DNA from: an uncultured Candidatus Saccharibacteria bacterium
GTDB taxonomy: Bacteria > Patescibacteriota > Saccharimonadia > Saccharimonadales > Saccharimonadaceae
DNA: 63,145 nt
Reading direction: 5' to 3'
NCBI GenBank assembly: GCA_964425805.1
Contig: CAYRNS010000001.1
Location: forward strand, 1-63,145
Below the pieces are notes generated by a model. That model was not told where the DNA came from. It worked only from the letters and a program-made list of their open reading frames with translations, and ran no database searches. Below are positions 9,024-18,867 of the stretch, piece by piece; the stretch's first letter is position 1; every line of letters starts with the position of its first letter. The translations under genes and the position numbers were made by a program.

Positions 9024-9951
9024 TCGCGTCACGATTCCGCGCTCGGTTTTTACGCGTTTCGCCCGCAAACAACCAGCCGACGCACGAATGCTCCCTGAGG
9101 AAAAACCCAGCTTTTTCAAAACCGTCTTCACCGCTCCCATCATCATCTACGCCGTCCTCCTCATCGCCCTCCCACTCCTCTACATTTTCTTCCTCAGCTT
9201 CCAAAAACCCGACAACTACGGCGGCGTCCTTTACGAGTTCAACTTAGAAAACTACGGCGAAGTCCTCGACAGCACCTACCTCTCCATCCTCGGCAAGTCC
9301 GCTCTCATCGGTCTCGCCACCACGGCAATCTGCCTCGCCATCTCTTACCCTTTCGCGATTTTCCTCCGCGGCTTCCCCGAGAAAAAGCGCAATTTCATCA
9401 TGAAACTCGTCATGGTCCCGTTCCTTACTAACTCCCTCATTCGCACTTACGGTTTAATCACTTTGTTAAGAAAAAACGGCGTCATCAACTCCGCTCTCCT
9501 CGGTGCCGGCTTAATCGGCGCGCCACTCCCGCTCATGTATAATAATCTCGGCATTTTAATTGGCATGGTTTATACTCTGATGCCGTTCATGCTCCTCCCC
9601 GTCTGCTCCGCCGTCACCAAGGTTGACCAAAATTATCTCGACGCCGCCTCCGACCTCGGCGCCGGCAAAATCCAAAAATTCTTCAAAGTTTACCTCCCGC
9701 TCACCCTCCAGGGCGCTTTCAACGGCTCGCTCATGGTCTTCATCCCCGCCATTGGCTACTTCTTCATCGCCGACATCCTCGGCGGTGGCAAGGCAATGAT
9801 TATCGGCAACTTGATTAAAAATCAATTCCTCACCGCCCGCAACTGGCCGCTCGGCGCCGCCCTTTCCGTCGCCCTTCTCGGACTTACTTTCCTCCTCGTT
9901 AAACTCTACAAGAAAATTGGCGGTAATCTCGACGAATTGGGGGGTGGCTAA
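9010..9951 (+). CDS. potB: Polyamine ABC transporter permease
   Basis: [32 protein letters not shown]. Confidence 0.9.
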   Translation: MINPSRVTIPRSVFTRFARKQPADARMLPEEKPSFFKTVFTAPIIIYAVLLIALPLLYIFFLSFQKPDNYGGVLYEFNLENYGEVLDSTYLSILGKSALIGLATTAICLAISYPFAIFLRGFPEKKRNFIMKLVMVPFLTNSLIRTYGLITLLRKNGVINSALLGAGLIGAPLPLMYNNLGILIGMVYTLMPFMLLPVCSAVTKVDQNYLDAASDLGAGKIQKFFKVYLPLTLQGAFNGSLMVFIPAIGYFFIADILGGGKAMIIGNLIKNQFLTARNWPLGAALSVALLGLTFLLVKLYKKIGGNLDELGGG

Positions 9952-9952
9952 A

Positions 9953-10783
9953 ATGGCTAAAAATCACCCGCGAACAGGGATCAAAGGCTTATTAGAGCGC
10001 GGAGGCAAGTTGCGCAAATTTTACGTTTATCTCGTGCTGCTTTTCCTCTTTTTGCCAATTTTCATCCTCGTTTTCTTCAGCTTCAACGAGTCAAAACTGA
10101 ACGTCATTTTCACCGGCTTCACTTTCGACTGGTACGGCAAACTTTTTGAAAACCCCGACCTCCTTGACGCGTTCAAGAACACTCTCTTCGTCGCCATCAC
10201 CAGCACCGCCGTCTCCACCGTCCTCGGCATCCTCGGCGCCGTCGGTCTCCAAAAGTTCCGCTTCCACGGCAAAGCCCTCGTCGACAAACTCATCTACATC
10301 CCCATCGTCATCCCCGAAATCGTCCTCGGCATCGCTCTCCTCTCCGTCTTCACCTTGACCAACCTCGAGCTCAGCCTCTGGACGGTCCTCCTCGCTCACA
10401 TCTCTTTCTCCGTCCCGTTTGTCATCACCAGCATCCGCTCCACCCTCTACGCCTTGCCGAAAAACCTCGAAGAAGCCGCCTCCGACCTTGGCGCCTCCCG
10501 TTGGCAGACTTTCTTCAAAGTCACTTTGCCGCTAATTATGCCGGGCGTTATCTCCGGCGCTCTCCTCGCTTTCACTTTAAGTCTCGACGACGTCGTTATC
10601 AGCTATTTCGCCGCCGGTCCCGGGACTAACACTCTCCCGCTCTACATCTACGCCAACATCAAAACCGGCATCAGTCCCGACGTCAACGCTCTCACCACGC
10701 TTATGCTCATCTTTACCATTATCGCTTTAACTCTCAGCGCCCACTTCCAGTCCAAGCGCACCGCTAAAAGGAGCGCTCTATGA
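9953..10783 (+). CDS. potC: Polyamine ABC transporter permease
   Basis: FSFN, IPEIVLG, EEAASDLGA, FTLSLDDVVIS. Confidence 0.9.
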   Translation: MAKNHPRTGIKGLLERGGKLRKFYVYLVLLFLFLPIFILVFFSFNESKLNVIFTGFTFDWYGKLFENPDLLDAFKNTLFVAITSTAVSTVLGILGAVGLQKFRFHGKALVDKLIYIPIVIPEIVLGIALLSVFTLTNLELSLWTVLLAHISFSVPFVITSIRSTLYALPKNLEEAASDLGASRWQTFFKVTLPLIMPGVISGALLAFTLSLDDVVISYFAAGPGTNTLPLYIYANIKTGISPDVNALTTLMLIFTIIALTLSAHFQSKRTAKRSAL

Positions 10784-11826
10784 ACCGCCTCAGCCACACC
10801 GCCAAAACCGTCCTCGGCTCGATTTTCGCAATAACGCTATTGGTTACTCTTACCATAATCATCTTCCATAAACCCTCCGATTCAGAAACCGAAAGCACCA
10901 AAATCCTCAACGTCCTCAACTGGACGTCCTACATCCCGACCGAAGTCATCAAAGATTTTGAACAAGAATATAACATCAAGGTCAACTATGGCACTTACTC
11001 GTCCAACGAAGAACTCCTCGCCAAGCTCGTCAGCAGCAAAGAGGGAACTTACGATCTCGTCTTCCCGAGCGACTACATGGTCGACCTCCTGATTTCCCGC
11101 GATATGCTCGACGAACTCGACAAATCTAAACTCAAAAACCTCGACAATCTCAACCCCCTCTTCCTCAACCAACCTTACGACAGCGGCAACAACCACTCGC
11201 TTCCTTTCCTCCTCGCCACCACCGTCTTTCTCTACGACTCCTCGAAAATCGACCGCCTGACCAGCTATAAAGACCTCCAAAATCCCGAATTAGAAAACGA
11301 CCTCGTCCTCCTTGACGACCAGCGCATCATCATCGGTGCCATGCTCCAAGCCACCGGCTCCGACATGAACTCCGTCCGTGAAGACGACTTAAACGCCAGC
11401 CTAGAATTCTTCAACAAAATCAAGTCGAACATCAAAGCTTTCGATTCCGACTCGCCCAAAACTTTCTTCATTACCAAGGAGGTCGACGCCGGTCTCGTCT
11501 GGAACGCCGAAGCTCTCCTCGCCGTTGCGGAAAACCCTGACCTAAAAATCTCCTACCCCGCCGAGGGCTTCGCTCTCTCAATGGACAACTACTGCCTCGT
11601 CAAAGGTGGCAAGCACTCCGAAGAAGCCTACCTCTTCATTGACTATCTGTTAAGACCTGAAGTCGCCCAGGCAATCGTTGACGAATACCCCTACATCTCT
11701 GCCATCACCGGCGTCAAGACCGTCCCCGAATCTGAATTGAGAACCATCTTCGCAAACGGCTCTTTCGTCCAAAACGTCGGCGCCGACATCAAAAAGTTCG
11801 ACAAACTCTGGGCAAAATACAAGTAG
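10780..11826 (+). CDS. potD: Polyamine ABC transporter substrate-binding protein
   Basis: NWTSYIP, SNEELLAKL, YDLVFPSDYM; N-terminal TM anchor. Confidence 0.88.
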   Translation: MNRLSHTAKTVLGSIFAITLLVTLTIIIFHKPSDSETESTKILNVLNWTSYIPTEVIKDFEQEYNIKVNYGTYSSNEELLAKLVSSKEGTYDLVFPSDYMVDLLISRDMLDELDKSKLKNLDNLNPLFLNQPYDSGNNHSLPFLLATTVFLYDSSKIDRLTSYKDLQNPELENDLVLLDDQRIIIGAMLQATGSDMNSVREDDLNASLEFFNKIKSNIKAFDSDSPKTFFITKEVDAGLVWNAEALLAVAENPDLKISYPAEGFALSMDNYCLVKGGKHSEEAYLFIDYLLRPEVAQAIVDEYPYISAITGVKTVPESELRTIFANGSFVQNVGADIKKFDKLWAKYK

Positions 11827-11876
11827 CAAAATCCACCTCCATCATATATAATATATATAACTAAACGGAGGAAATT

Positions 11877-12815
11877 ATGTCCCGCTTTGACGAACAATAT
11901 CTCGACCTATGCCATCGGATTCTCACTCATGGCGAAAAAATCACGACCGACCCCGCCGTCCTCGCCAAGAAAACGAGCGCCAAGACTAAGACCAACATGC
12001 CGACCCATCTCGCTCAAACCGAGAAGCCAACCACGACTTTCTCCCTCCCGCACGAAGTTTTGACTTTCGACCTCGCCGAAGAATTCCCGATTTTGACGAC
12101 GAAAAAAGTCGCCTTTAAAACCTCCGTTCTGGAAATGCTCTGGATTTACCAAGTCGCCTCAAACGACGTCTCTTGGCTTCATGACCACGGGATAAAAATT
12201 TGGAACGAATGGGAAATCCCCGCTTCCGGTCTCTACGCCGGCAAAGACTTCAAAAAACTTTATCAAGAAAAGGGACTCAAGGAAGACCCCGTCGGCACCA
12301 TCGGCACGGCTTACGGCTGGATTGTCAACCGCTATCACCTCGTCGAAAGCTTAATCGAAACGCTCAAAACCGACCCCGCCAACCGTCGGATGATTATGTC
12401 TCTCTGGCAAAACGAATGGCTGGAAACCGCCGCTCTCCCGAGCTGCGTTTGGAACTCCCAATGGAATGTCTCCGGCGGCAAACTCAACCTCATGGTTACC
12501 GTCCGCAGCAACGACGTCCCACTCGGGATGCCTTTCAACGTCTCCCAATACGCCACCCTCTGTTATCTCCTCGCTCAGGTCACCGGTCTAAAGCCGGGCA
12601 AAATGACTTACGTCATCAACAACGCCCACATCTACGCCAACCAAGTCGACGGTATCAAAGAACAAATGACCAAGGAATCCTACCCCGCCCCGACCCTCTG
12701 GCTTAACCCCGAAATTAAAGACTTTTACAAGTTCGACAACTCGAAAGACTTGAAAGATATCCGTCTCGACAACTATCAAAACGCTGGCACTATCCGCATG
12801 CCCGTCACGGAGTAG
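11877..12815 (+). CDS. thyA: Thymidylate synthase (Bacillus ThyA1-like)
   Basis: FPILTTKKV, RRMIMSLW, ALPSC, RSNDVPLGMPFN, NAHIY. Confidence 0.95.
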   Translation: MSRFDEQYLDLCHRILTHGEKITTDPAVLAKKTSAKTKTNMPTHLAQTEKPTTTFSLPHEVLTFDLAEEFPILTTKKVAFKTSVLEMLWIYQVASNDVSWLHDHGIKIWNEWEIPASGLYAGKDFKKLYQEKGLKEDPVGTIGTAYGWIVNRYHLVESLIETLKTDPANRRMIMSLWQNEWLETAALPSCVWNSQWNVSGGKLNLMVTVRSNDVPLGMPFNVSQYATLCYLLAQVTGLKPGKMTYVINNAHIYANQVDGIKEQMTKESYPAPTLWLNPEIKDFYKFDNSKDLKDIRLDNYQNAGTIRMPVTE

Positions 12816-12867
12816 GGAATCATGATTTAATTTAGCCTTTCCTATTAACTTTAACGGAATTATCATC

Positions 12868-13368
12868 ATGTCATTTTCTCTCATCGCCTGCATCGGTAAA
12901 CACCGCGAACTCGGCAAGAACAACGACCTCATCTTCCATTTCAAGGAAGATATGCGCTTCTTCCGCGAAACTACTAAAAACCACACTGTCGTCATGGGCT
13001 ACAACACTTGGCTCTCCCTCGGCGAAAAACCTCTCCCGAACCGGAAAAACCTGATCCTCTCGCATAAATCTCTCCGAAATCTCCCCGCCACTGCTGCTCA
13101 AATCCCTGACCTCAAAAAATTCATCAAGGAAAACGCCAGCTCCCCCGAAGAAATCTTCATCATCGGCGGCGCCAGCATCTACCAACTTTTCCTCCCCCAC
13201 GCCGACACGCTTTATCTGACCGAAGTCGACCAAACCGCAGAAGACGCTGACGTTTTCTTCCCCGATTTCAAATCATTAGAGCGCGGATGGAATCTCCGCA
13301 AAATCGCCGCTTTTACAGATGAAAAAGGCATCAAATTTACAATTAATAAATACACTAGAAAGGATCAA
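12868..13368 (+). CDS. folA: Dihydrofolate reductase domain (no stop; in frame with glyA)
   Basis: LGKNNDL, EDMRFFR, VVMG, PLPNRKN, IIGGASIY, ADVFFP. Confidence 0.92.
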
Positions 13369-14742
13369 ATGAACGACCCCGTTTTTGCCCTCATCAAACA
13401 AGAAGAAACTCGCCAACAGGAGGGTCTCGAACTCATCCCGAGCGAAAATTACGTCTCGAAAAATGTCCTTAAAGCCGCCGGCTCCGTCTTAACCAACAAA
13501 TACTCCGAGGGTTACCCCAGCTTCGAGGGCATCGAGGGTGACGCTAAAACTTTCTGGCAGGAAGATAAAATCGCGGAAGAAAAACTGTCAAACTTCCGCT
13601 ATTACGGCGGTCAAGACAACGTCGACAAAATCGAGCGCCTCGCCATCGCCCGCGCTTGTAAACTTTTCCACGCCGACCACGCCAACGTCCAACCTCACTC
13701 CGGCGCCAACGCCAACGAAGCGGTCTACTGGGCTTGGTGTGAGCCGGGCGACACCATCCTCGCTATGTCCCTCCCCGCCGGCGGTCATCTCACTCACGGC
13801 GCCAAAGTTACTCGCTCTGCTCACATCTACAACTTCGTCGGCTACGGCGTCGACGAATCCGGCGACATCGACTACAAAGAACTCGAACGCATCGCCCTTG
13901 AAGAGCAGCCGAAAATCATCCTTATCGGCTACTCCGCTTTCATGAAAATCCCCGACTTTGACCGCGTCGCCAAAATCGCCAAAAAAATCCCCGGCTGTCT
14001 CCTCATGGCAGACATGGCGCACGTCGCCGGTCTCATCGCTGGCGGTGTCCACCCCAACCCTCTCGACCACGGCTTCCATGTCATGACCACCACCACCCAC
14101 AAAACCCTCCGTGGTCCTCGTGGTGGTCTCATCCTCTCTAAAGGCGTCGTCTCTAGCCCCCTCAAAAAACCGGAACACACCCTCGAAAACATCCCGACCC
14201 TAATCGACCGCGCCGTCTTCCCCGGCACTCAAGGTGGTCCGCTCGAGCATATCATTGCCGCCAAAGCTGTCGCCTTTGGCGAAGCCCTGCAGCCGGAATT
14301 TAAGACCTACGCTAAAAACATTGTTAAAAACGCCAAGGCTCTCGCCGAAGAACTGAAAAAACTCGGCTTCACTCTCCAAGGCGACGGCACGGAAAACCAC
14401 CTCATCCTCATTAACATGCAAAAATCCTGCGGCATCGACGGCAAATTCTTCGAACGCGCCCTCGACCTCGTCGGCTTAAACCTCAACGCTAACTCTCTCC
14501 CAACCGACAAAGGTGCCGCTTTCCGCCCCTCCGGCGTCCGCCTCGGCACCCCCGCCATCACCACCCGCGGTCTCGGCGTCGAGGAGATGAAAGAAATAGC
14601 AAAATACATGAAGAAAGTAGCGGATATTTGTGTTGGATTAGGCAGCGAAGAAAGATTAGATGACGCCAAGATGGAATTAGAAGTTATTAGAAAAGAAGTT
14701 AAAAAACTAGCTCTCGAATTCCCAGTACCCGGAATCAAATAG
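13369..14742 (+). CDS. glyA: Serine hydroxymethyltransferase domain of a 624-aa FolA-GlyA ORF
   Basis: LELIPSENY, NKYSEGYP, NVQPHSG, GGHLTHG, TTTTHKTLRGPRGG, SGVRLGTPA. Confidence 0.95.
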   Translation: MNDPVFALIKQEETRQQEGLELIPSENYVSKNVLKAAGSVLTNKYSEGYPSFEGIEGDAKTFWQEDKIAEEKLSNFRYYGGQDNVDKIERLAIARACKLFHADHANVQPHSGANANEAVYWAWCEPGDTILAMSLPAGGHLTHGAKVTRSAHIYNFVGYGVDESGDIDYKELERIALEEQPKIILIGYSAFMKIPDFDRVAKIAKKIPGCLLMADMAHVAGLIAGGVHPNPLDHGFHVMTTTTHKTLRGPRGGLILSKGVVSSPLKKPEHTLENIPTLIDRAVFPGTQGGPLEHIIAAKAVAFGEALQPEFKTYAKNIVKNAKALAEELKKLGFTLQGDGTENHLILINMQKSCGIDGKFFERALDLVGLNLNANSLPTDKGAAFRPSGVRLGTPAITTRGLGVEEMKEIAKYMKKVADICVGLGSEERLDDAKMELEVIRKEVKKLALEFPVPGIK

Positions 14743-14763
14743 TTATGGTATAATAAAATGGTT

Positions 14764-14839
14764 GGGGCGTTAGCTCAGCTGATAGAGCGCGGCATTCGCA
14801 TTGCCGAGGTCGCGGGTTTGATTCCCGCACGCTCCACCA
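14764..14839 (+). tRNA. tRNA-Ala (CGC)
   Basis: Cloverleaf, CGGCA-TTCGCAT-TGCCG anticodon arm, G3:U70, CCA end. Confidence 0.93.
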
Positions 14840-14923
14840 TTTTTGTTGCAAAAATAACCAAAATATGATATAATATCACCGTTTGTGCCGGTCTCCGGCA
14901 AGTACTTTGAAAGGAGCACAAAA

Positions 14924-15583
14924 ATGTCAGACCTGGAAAAAATGATCGCCACCCGCGAACGGGTCAAGTACAAGGACTACGCCAAACACATCAGTTGGGT
15001 CTTCCACAAAACACAAGTTTTGCCCAAAATTATCTTAATGGGCAAAAACAGCGAAACCGTACCAATACGTAACTATAAGTTGCGTATCTGCGAACTCACC
15101 CGTTTAGACGCCTCGGAAACCGCACCTGACAAAAAAACTTTGTTTGATGACCATATTCAAAGAAATCTGTTTAGCGACGTCACTCTCGCGAACGCCAGTT
15201 ACGACCCTAAACTGTCCAAAAAATACCTTGGCAACATGAACGTTGTCATCATTGACGACTACGACATCGTCAACGACGATCAAGCTCTGTACGACGCTAT
15301 TCTCGACAGCGAAAGATTCTTGACCAATCACGGTCGCATCCTCTTCAACATCCCGATTTGGATCAGCACGACCGACGATTTTGAAGATGAGGACTTCCCG
15401 CTTGATGTTGGCGAGGCTTTGCCTAGCCTCCTCCTAACAATTCGCACCGTCAACGAGTTTTTGGCAAAAAATGATGTTCGTTTGGCTATCGAGGATATTA
15501 AACTTACCGTCGCCGAAAACGCGGAACGGGTCATCGACGTCCGAGTTTACCTGAAAAAAGAAATCCTCACCCCTCATGAATAG
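14924..15583 (+). CDS. Hypothetical protein
   Basis: ATG preceded by AAAGGAG; followed by a terminator. Confidence 0.7.
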   Translation: MSDLEKMIATRERVKYKDYAKHISWVFHKTQVLPKIILMGKNSETVPIRNYKLRICELTRLDASETAPDKKTLFDDHIQRNLFSDVTLANASYDPKLSKKYLGNMNVVIIDDYDIVNDDQALYDAILDSERFLTNHGRILFNIPIWISTTDDFEDEDFPLDVGEALPSLLLTIRTVNEFLAKNDVRLAIEDIKLTVAENAERVIDVRVYLKKEILTPHE

Positions 15584-15595
15584 CTCCTCACTTAA

Positions 15596-15621
15596 GCCTC
15601 AAGCATCCCGCTTGAGGTTTT
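15596..15621 (+). terminator. Intrinsic terminator
   Basis: CCTCAAGC-ATCCC-GCTTGAGG-TTTT. Confidence 0.8.
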
Positions 15622-15740
15622 CTTTTGCAAATCGGATTGCTATAATGAATTTGTTATTCTAACGAGCTTTTCTAGCACGCTAGGATTGCTCGTTGCTAAA
15701 AAAGGAGAGTGATAAAATCGCACAAGAAAGGGGGAGAAAA

Positions 15741-16922
15741 ATGTCTGACAAGCTCATCGCATCAAGGTATGGCTTCGGCGATATCGGCACTTGTCGCGAA
15801 GTTCCTAGTGACGCCATGACTAATCCCGACCATCTTCTAACCGTCGAACAAATCCGCAGGTGGGCGACAATCGAAGCTGGTTTAAGTCAGGGTTTCGCGA
15901 CCGGCACTATTCCGCCTAGCTCACAGTTCATGGATGGTCGCCGTTACATCGGCGAAGTCATGAATAGCCTTGACCACACTTTTCTGCACACTTTCACTGA
16001 CCTCAACAGCGATTACCTTAAAGATGGCGGCTTCCGAGAAATCTTTCGCCGAAAAATCGAAGATCCAGGAATGCTCCGCCATGCAGTCTATTTCGGAATT
16101 GATAATAGCTCTGCTTTACCCAGCTTTGACCCGACGTCAGTCAGTTTTCATTGGCACATCTGGCGGGGAAATATGGCTAAAGCTATGGATTTTCTCCATG
16201 GTTTCAGCTGGGATCTTGATGGTAAGTGCAGGAAAATCGAATCAGGCACCATTTGGCATCACGTAAACTCGATCGAGGGCATGGCACTTAGCGAACGCGA
16301 AAAAATTTCCGACTACGCCTCGCGCGTCCGGAAAATGACTGCCGAGCTAATGCGTCTACCTCGAATCACTTGTTTCGGCGGTGGAAATCTACCGGAACGA
16401 CACTATGGTTTGCCCGAAGCAGAAATCACCGTGTTCGACAATGGCGAACGTCCGCCACTCGACCAACTGTTTCCAAATCCGGTCGCCCGGAGTCGCATCC
16501 ACTACATCACGGATGACCTCTTGACTGCCATCGAACACCCTGAACTGTTCGGCTCTCAGGACATCGTCTCGATGCTTGGCGTCGCTCAGTGCATTGGCGA
16601 AGCTGCCACGGTCCAAGCCATCTCATTTGGCGAAGAACTGCTCCGTGACAAGGGCGTCTTCGCTTTCGACCTCATGGTCATGAACGAGAGTCTGCGCCGA
16701 TTCCTCTGGACTCAGTGTTCGGGCATGGAGGCAAGCTCAAACTTGACAATCTTCAACTCCGCGGGCGAGGCTATGACTGTCGGCATGGGTATCATCAACA
16801 CTGTCAACGAACAGCTGGAACGAAAACGCACCATTTTCACGACCGAACCACCCATCGTCACCAAAATCGGTGCTTGGGGCGCCACCGACGTCCGCTTCTA
16901 TCTCAAAAAACACGTTCTTTAA
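15741..16922 (+). CDS. Hypothetical protein, possible degenerate class I SAM-methyltransferase fold
   Basis: CFGGG...ITVFD...DIVSMLG..LLRDKGVFAFD pattern; GGGGAG SD. Confidence 0.5.
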   Translation: MSDKLIASRYGFGDIGTCREVPSDAMTNPDHLLTVEQIRRWATIEAGLSQGFATGTIPPSSQFMDGRRYIGEVMNSLDHTFLHTFTDLNSDYLKDGGFREIFRRKIEDPGMLRHAVYFGIDNSSALPSFDPTSVSFHWHIWRGNMAKAMDFLHGFSWDLDGKCRKIESGTIWHHVNSIEGMALSEREKISDYASRVRKMTAELMRLPRITCFGGGNLPERHYGLPEAEITVFDNGERPPLDQLFPNPVARSRIHYITDDLLTAIEHPELFGSQDIVSMLGVAQCIGEAATVQAISFGEELLRDKGVFAFDLMVMNESLRRFLWTQCSGMEASSNLTIFNSAGEAMTVGMGIINTVNEQLERKRTIFTTEPPIVTKIGAWGATDVRFYLKKHVL

Positions 16923-16934
16923 AACACTCTCCTT

Positions 16935-16960
16935 GCCTCAAGCTCCGGCTTGAGGTTTTT
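16935..16960 (+). terminator. Intrinsic terminator
   Basis: CCTCAAGC-TCCG-GCTTGAGG-TTTTT. Confidence 0.8.
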
Positions 16961-17087
16961 TCATGGCTAGCACAAGACAACCAATTCTTATAACCTCTAG
17001 TACCTCAGTTATCGGATTTATGATATAATAGAGAACGTTAAGGTTGGGTTAAAGCACGTTAAGGTTAGACTAGATTATAGAAAGGAA

Positions 17088-18782
17088 GTGATTCGTGTGC
17101 TTACCGGTTATCCATCTGTTGACAAAACTCACCTCGAAGGCATTCCGGAATCTAAGCTTCACCCCAAGATCGAAACGGTAAGCCTCTTTGGCGCCTTCGA
17201 AGTCATCAACGCCACCTCCATGGACGACGGCAAGACCCTGATTGAACGTTGTGGCAAAACCCTTACCAAGCGCGAGTTTGAAAGCGCAGTCCTCGTGGCT
17301 GCCGCCGGACTCCTTGGTCTCGATCTTTCCCCCGGCGACTCTTTGGTCATGTACGCTCCAAATCTCATCGAAAGCATGGTCATCGCTTTCGCGGCGAACG
17401 CCATCGGCATGAAGATTGCCTACGCAAACTTCTACAAGCCACTCGACCACGCCATCGAAACCATCAACTCTCACGAGGCGAAACTCTTGGTCGCCGCCGA
17501 CCTCGACGAAGCCGAAACCCACATCGCCCTCGACCGAGCCAATTCGCTCAAACTGGTTCTCGACGTCGCTTCGGTCGACCCTAATGGCGATCACCCAGGT
17601 TACCTGACTTACGCAGCACTCAAAAATGCTGCGACCCCCTCCACACTGGAGTGGGCCAAGAATATCATCATGAGTCAGATGAAATCCGAAGCTGAGATGA
17701 TTTTCCTCCAGACCAGCGGCTCCACCGCCAACGTCCCGAAAATCCTCCCGTTCACCAATCGCAACGTCATCGCGGCGCTGACCTACATGACGAACGGCAC
17801 CAACCAGACCACCAACGACGAGATCTTGCGCAAAGGTCTCTGCCTCCTCCCGTTCAACCATCCCTACGGTTGGATGATGATTGTTGCCAACCTGATTGGC
17901 GGTAACCACGTTGAACTCGTCCCGAGCGAAGCGTTCGATGAAATCGGCAAATGGTATCAGTATCAGGCAAACTTCATCTACGGCACGCCGCAGGTCCTGC
18001 GCGAATTGATTGCTAAGACCCCAGCGGGAGCCGACTTGTCTCCGCTCAAAGCGTTCTTCTCTGCCGGTCTCAAGACCGAGGAAGAACTCTTCGTCGAGGC
18101 AGACGCGTTCTTCTGCGCCCACGGCTCTATCGCTGACGTCCGCAACAACTACGGTATGGGTGAAACTCTCTGCATTGGCACTACTTCCGACGGTGTTCCG
18201 CACCGTGCTGGAACTTGCGGCAAAGTTTATCCGGGATTGGAACTCTACGTCGTCGACGACGATTTGAACGAAGTCAAATACGACGAACCGGGGGAAATCC
18301 TCGTTTGGTCGGAGTCCATGGTCACTCACTACTTTGGCGACGACGAAGCAACGCAAAAATCGTTCATCCCGTACCGCGGCAAGATTTTCTTCCGCACCGG
18401 CGACCTTGGCTCGCTCGCTCGCGACAACTACTTGACTCTGCTTGGGCGCAAAAAGCGCTTTTATCAGCCCAGAGGCGCCTTTGACAAAGTCAACTGTGAA
18501 ACGGTCGAGACCGCGCTCGACGCTCTCGACATTGTTTCTTCGAGCGCTGTTGTTATCTACAAGCTTGCAGATGGCTCCGAGTCCGGCGCCGCATTTGTCG
18601 TTCTTAAAAACGGCATCCCGCCGTCCGACGCCACGCGTGAACATATCCTCGCTTTACTCGCTGAGCACCTGCGCGAGTTCGAACTCCCCACCAAAATTGC
18701 TTTTATGCACGAGTTCCCGCTCCTCGCAGCTGGCAAAATCGACTACCCCAGCCTGACAGAAATCGCAAAAACCCTAGCCTAA
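17088..18782 (+). CDS. AMP-binding acyl-CoA synthetase/ligase
   Basis: QTSGSTANVPK, NYGMGE, FRTGDLG, GRKK, AGKID. Confidence 0.9.
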   Translation: MIRVLTGYPSVDKTHLEGIPESKLHPKIETVSLFGAFEVINATSMDDGKTLIERCGKTLTKREFESAVLVAAAGLLGLDLSPGDSLVMYAPNLIESMVIAFAANAIGMKIAYANFYKPLDHAIETINSHEAKLLVAADLDEAETHIALDRANSLKLVLDVASVDPNGDHPGYLTYAALKNAATPSTLEWAKNIIMSQMKSEAEMIFLQTSGSTANVPKILPFTNRNVIAALTYMTNGTNQTTNDEILRKGLCLLPFNHPYGWMMIVANLIGGNHVELVPSEAFDEIGKWYQYQANFIYGTPQVLRELIAKTPAGADLSPLKAFFSAGLKTEEELFVEADAFFCAHGSIADVRNNYGMGETLCIGTTSDGVPHRAGTCGKVYPGLELYVVDDDLNEVKYDEPGEILVWSESMVTHYFGDDEATQKSFIPYRGKIFFRTGDLGSLARDNYLTLLGRKKRFYQPRGAFDKVNCETVETALDALDIVSSSAVVIYKLADGSESGAAFVVLKNGIPPSDATREHILALLAEHLREFELPTKIAFMHEFPLLAAGKIDYPSLTEIAKTLA

Positions 18783-18789
18783 CCAACCC

Positions 18790-18812
18790 ACCGCCCGAAA
18801 TGGGCGGTTTTT
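18790..18812 (+). terminator. Intrinsic terminator
   Basis: ACCGCCC-GAAAT-GGGCGGT-TTTT. Confidence 0.8.
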
Positions 18813-18867
18813 CAACATTTTCTTTGAATTTATGCTAAAATAAAACCATAAATCATTTGGAGGTTAT

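Noticed and set aside
17070-18644. Long antisense and alternate-frame ORFs (e.g. 524 aa here, 50107-51036, 30580-31458, 61911-62597)
   Set aside because: Shadows of real genes produced by the strong C-ending codon bias; no motifs
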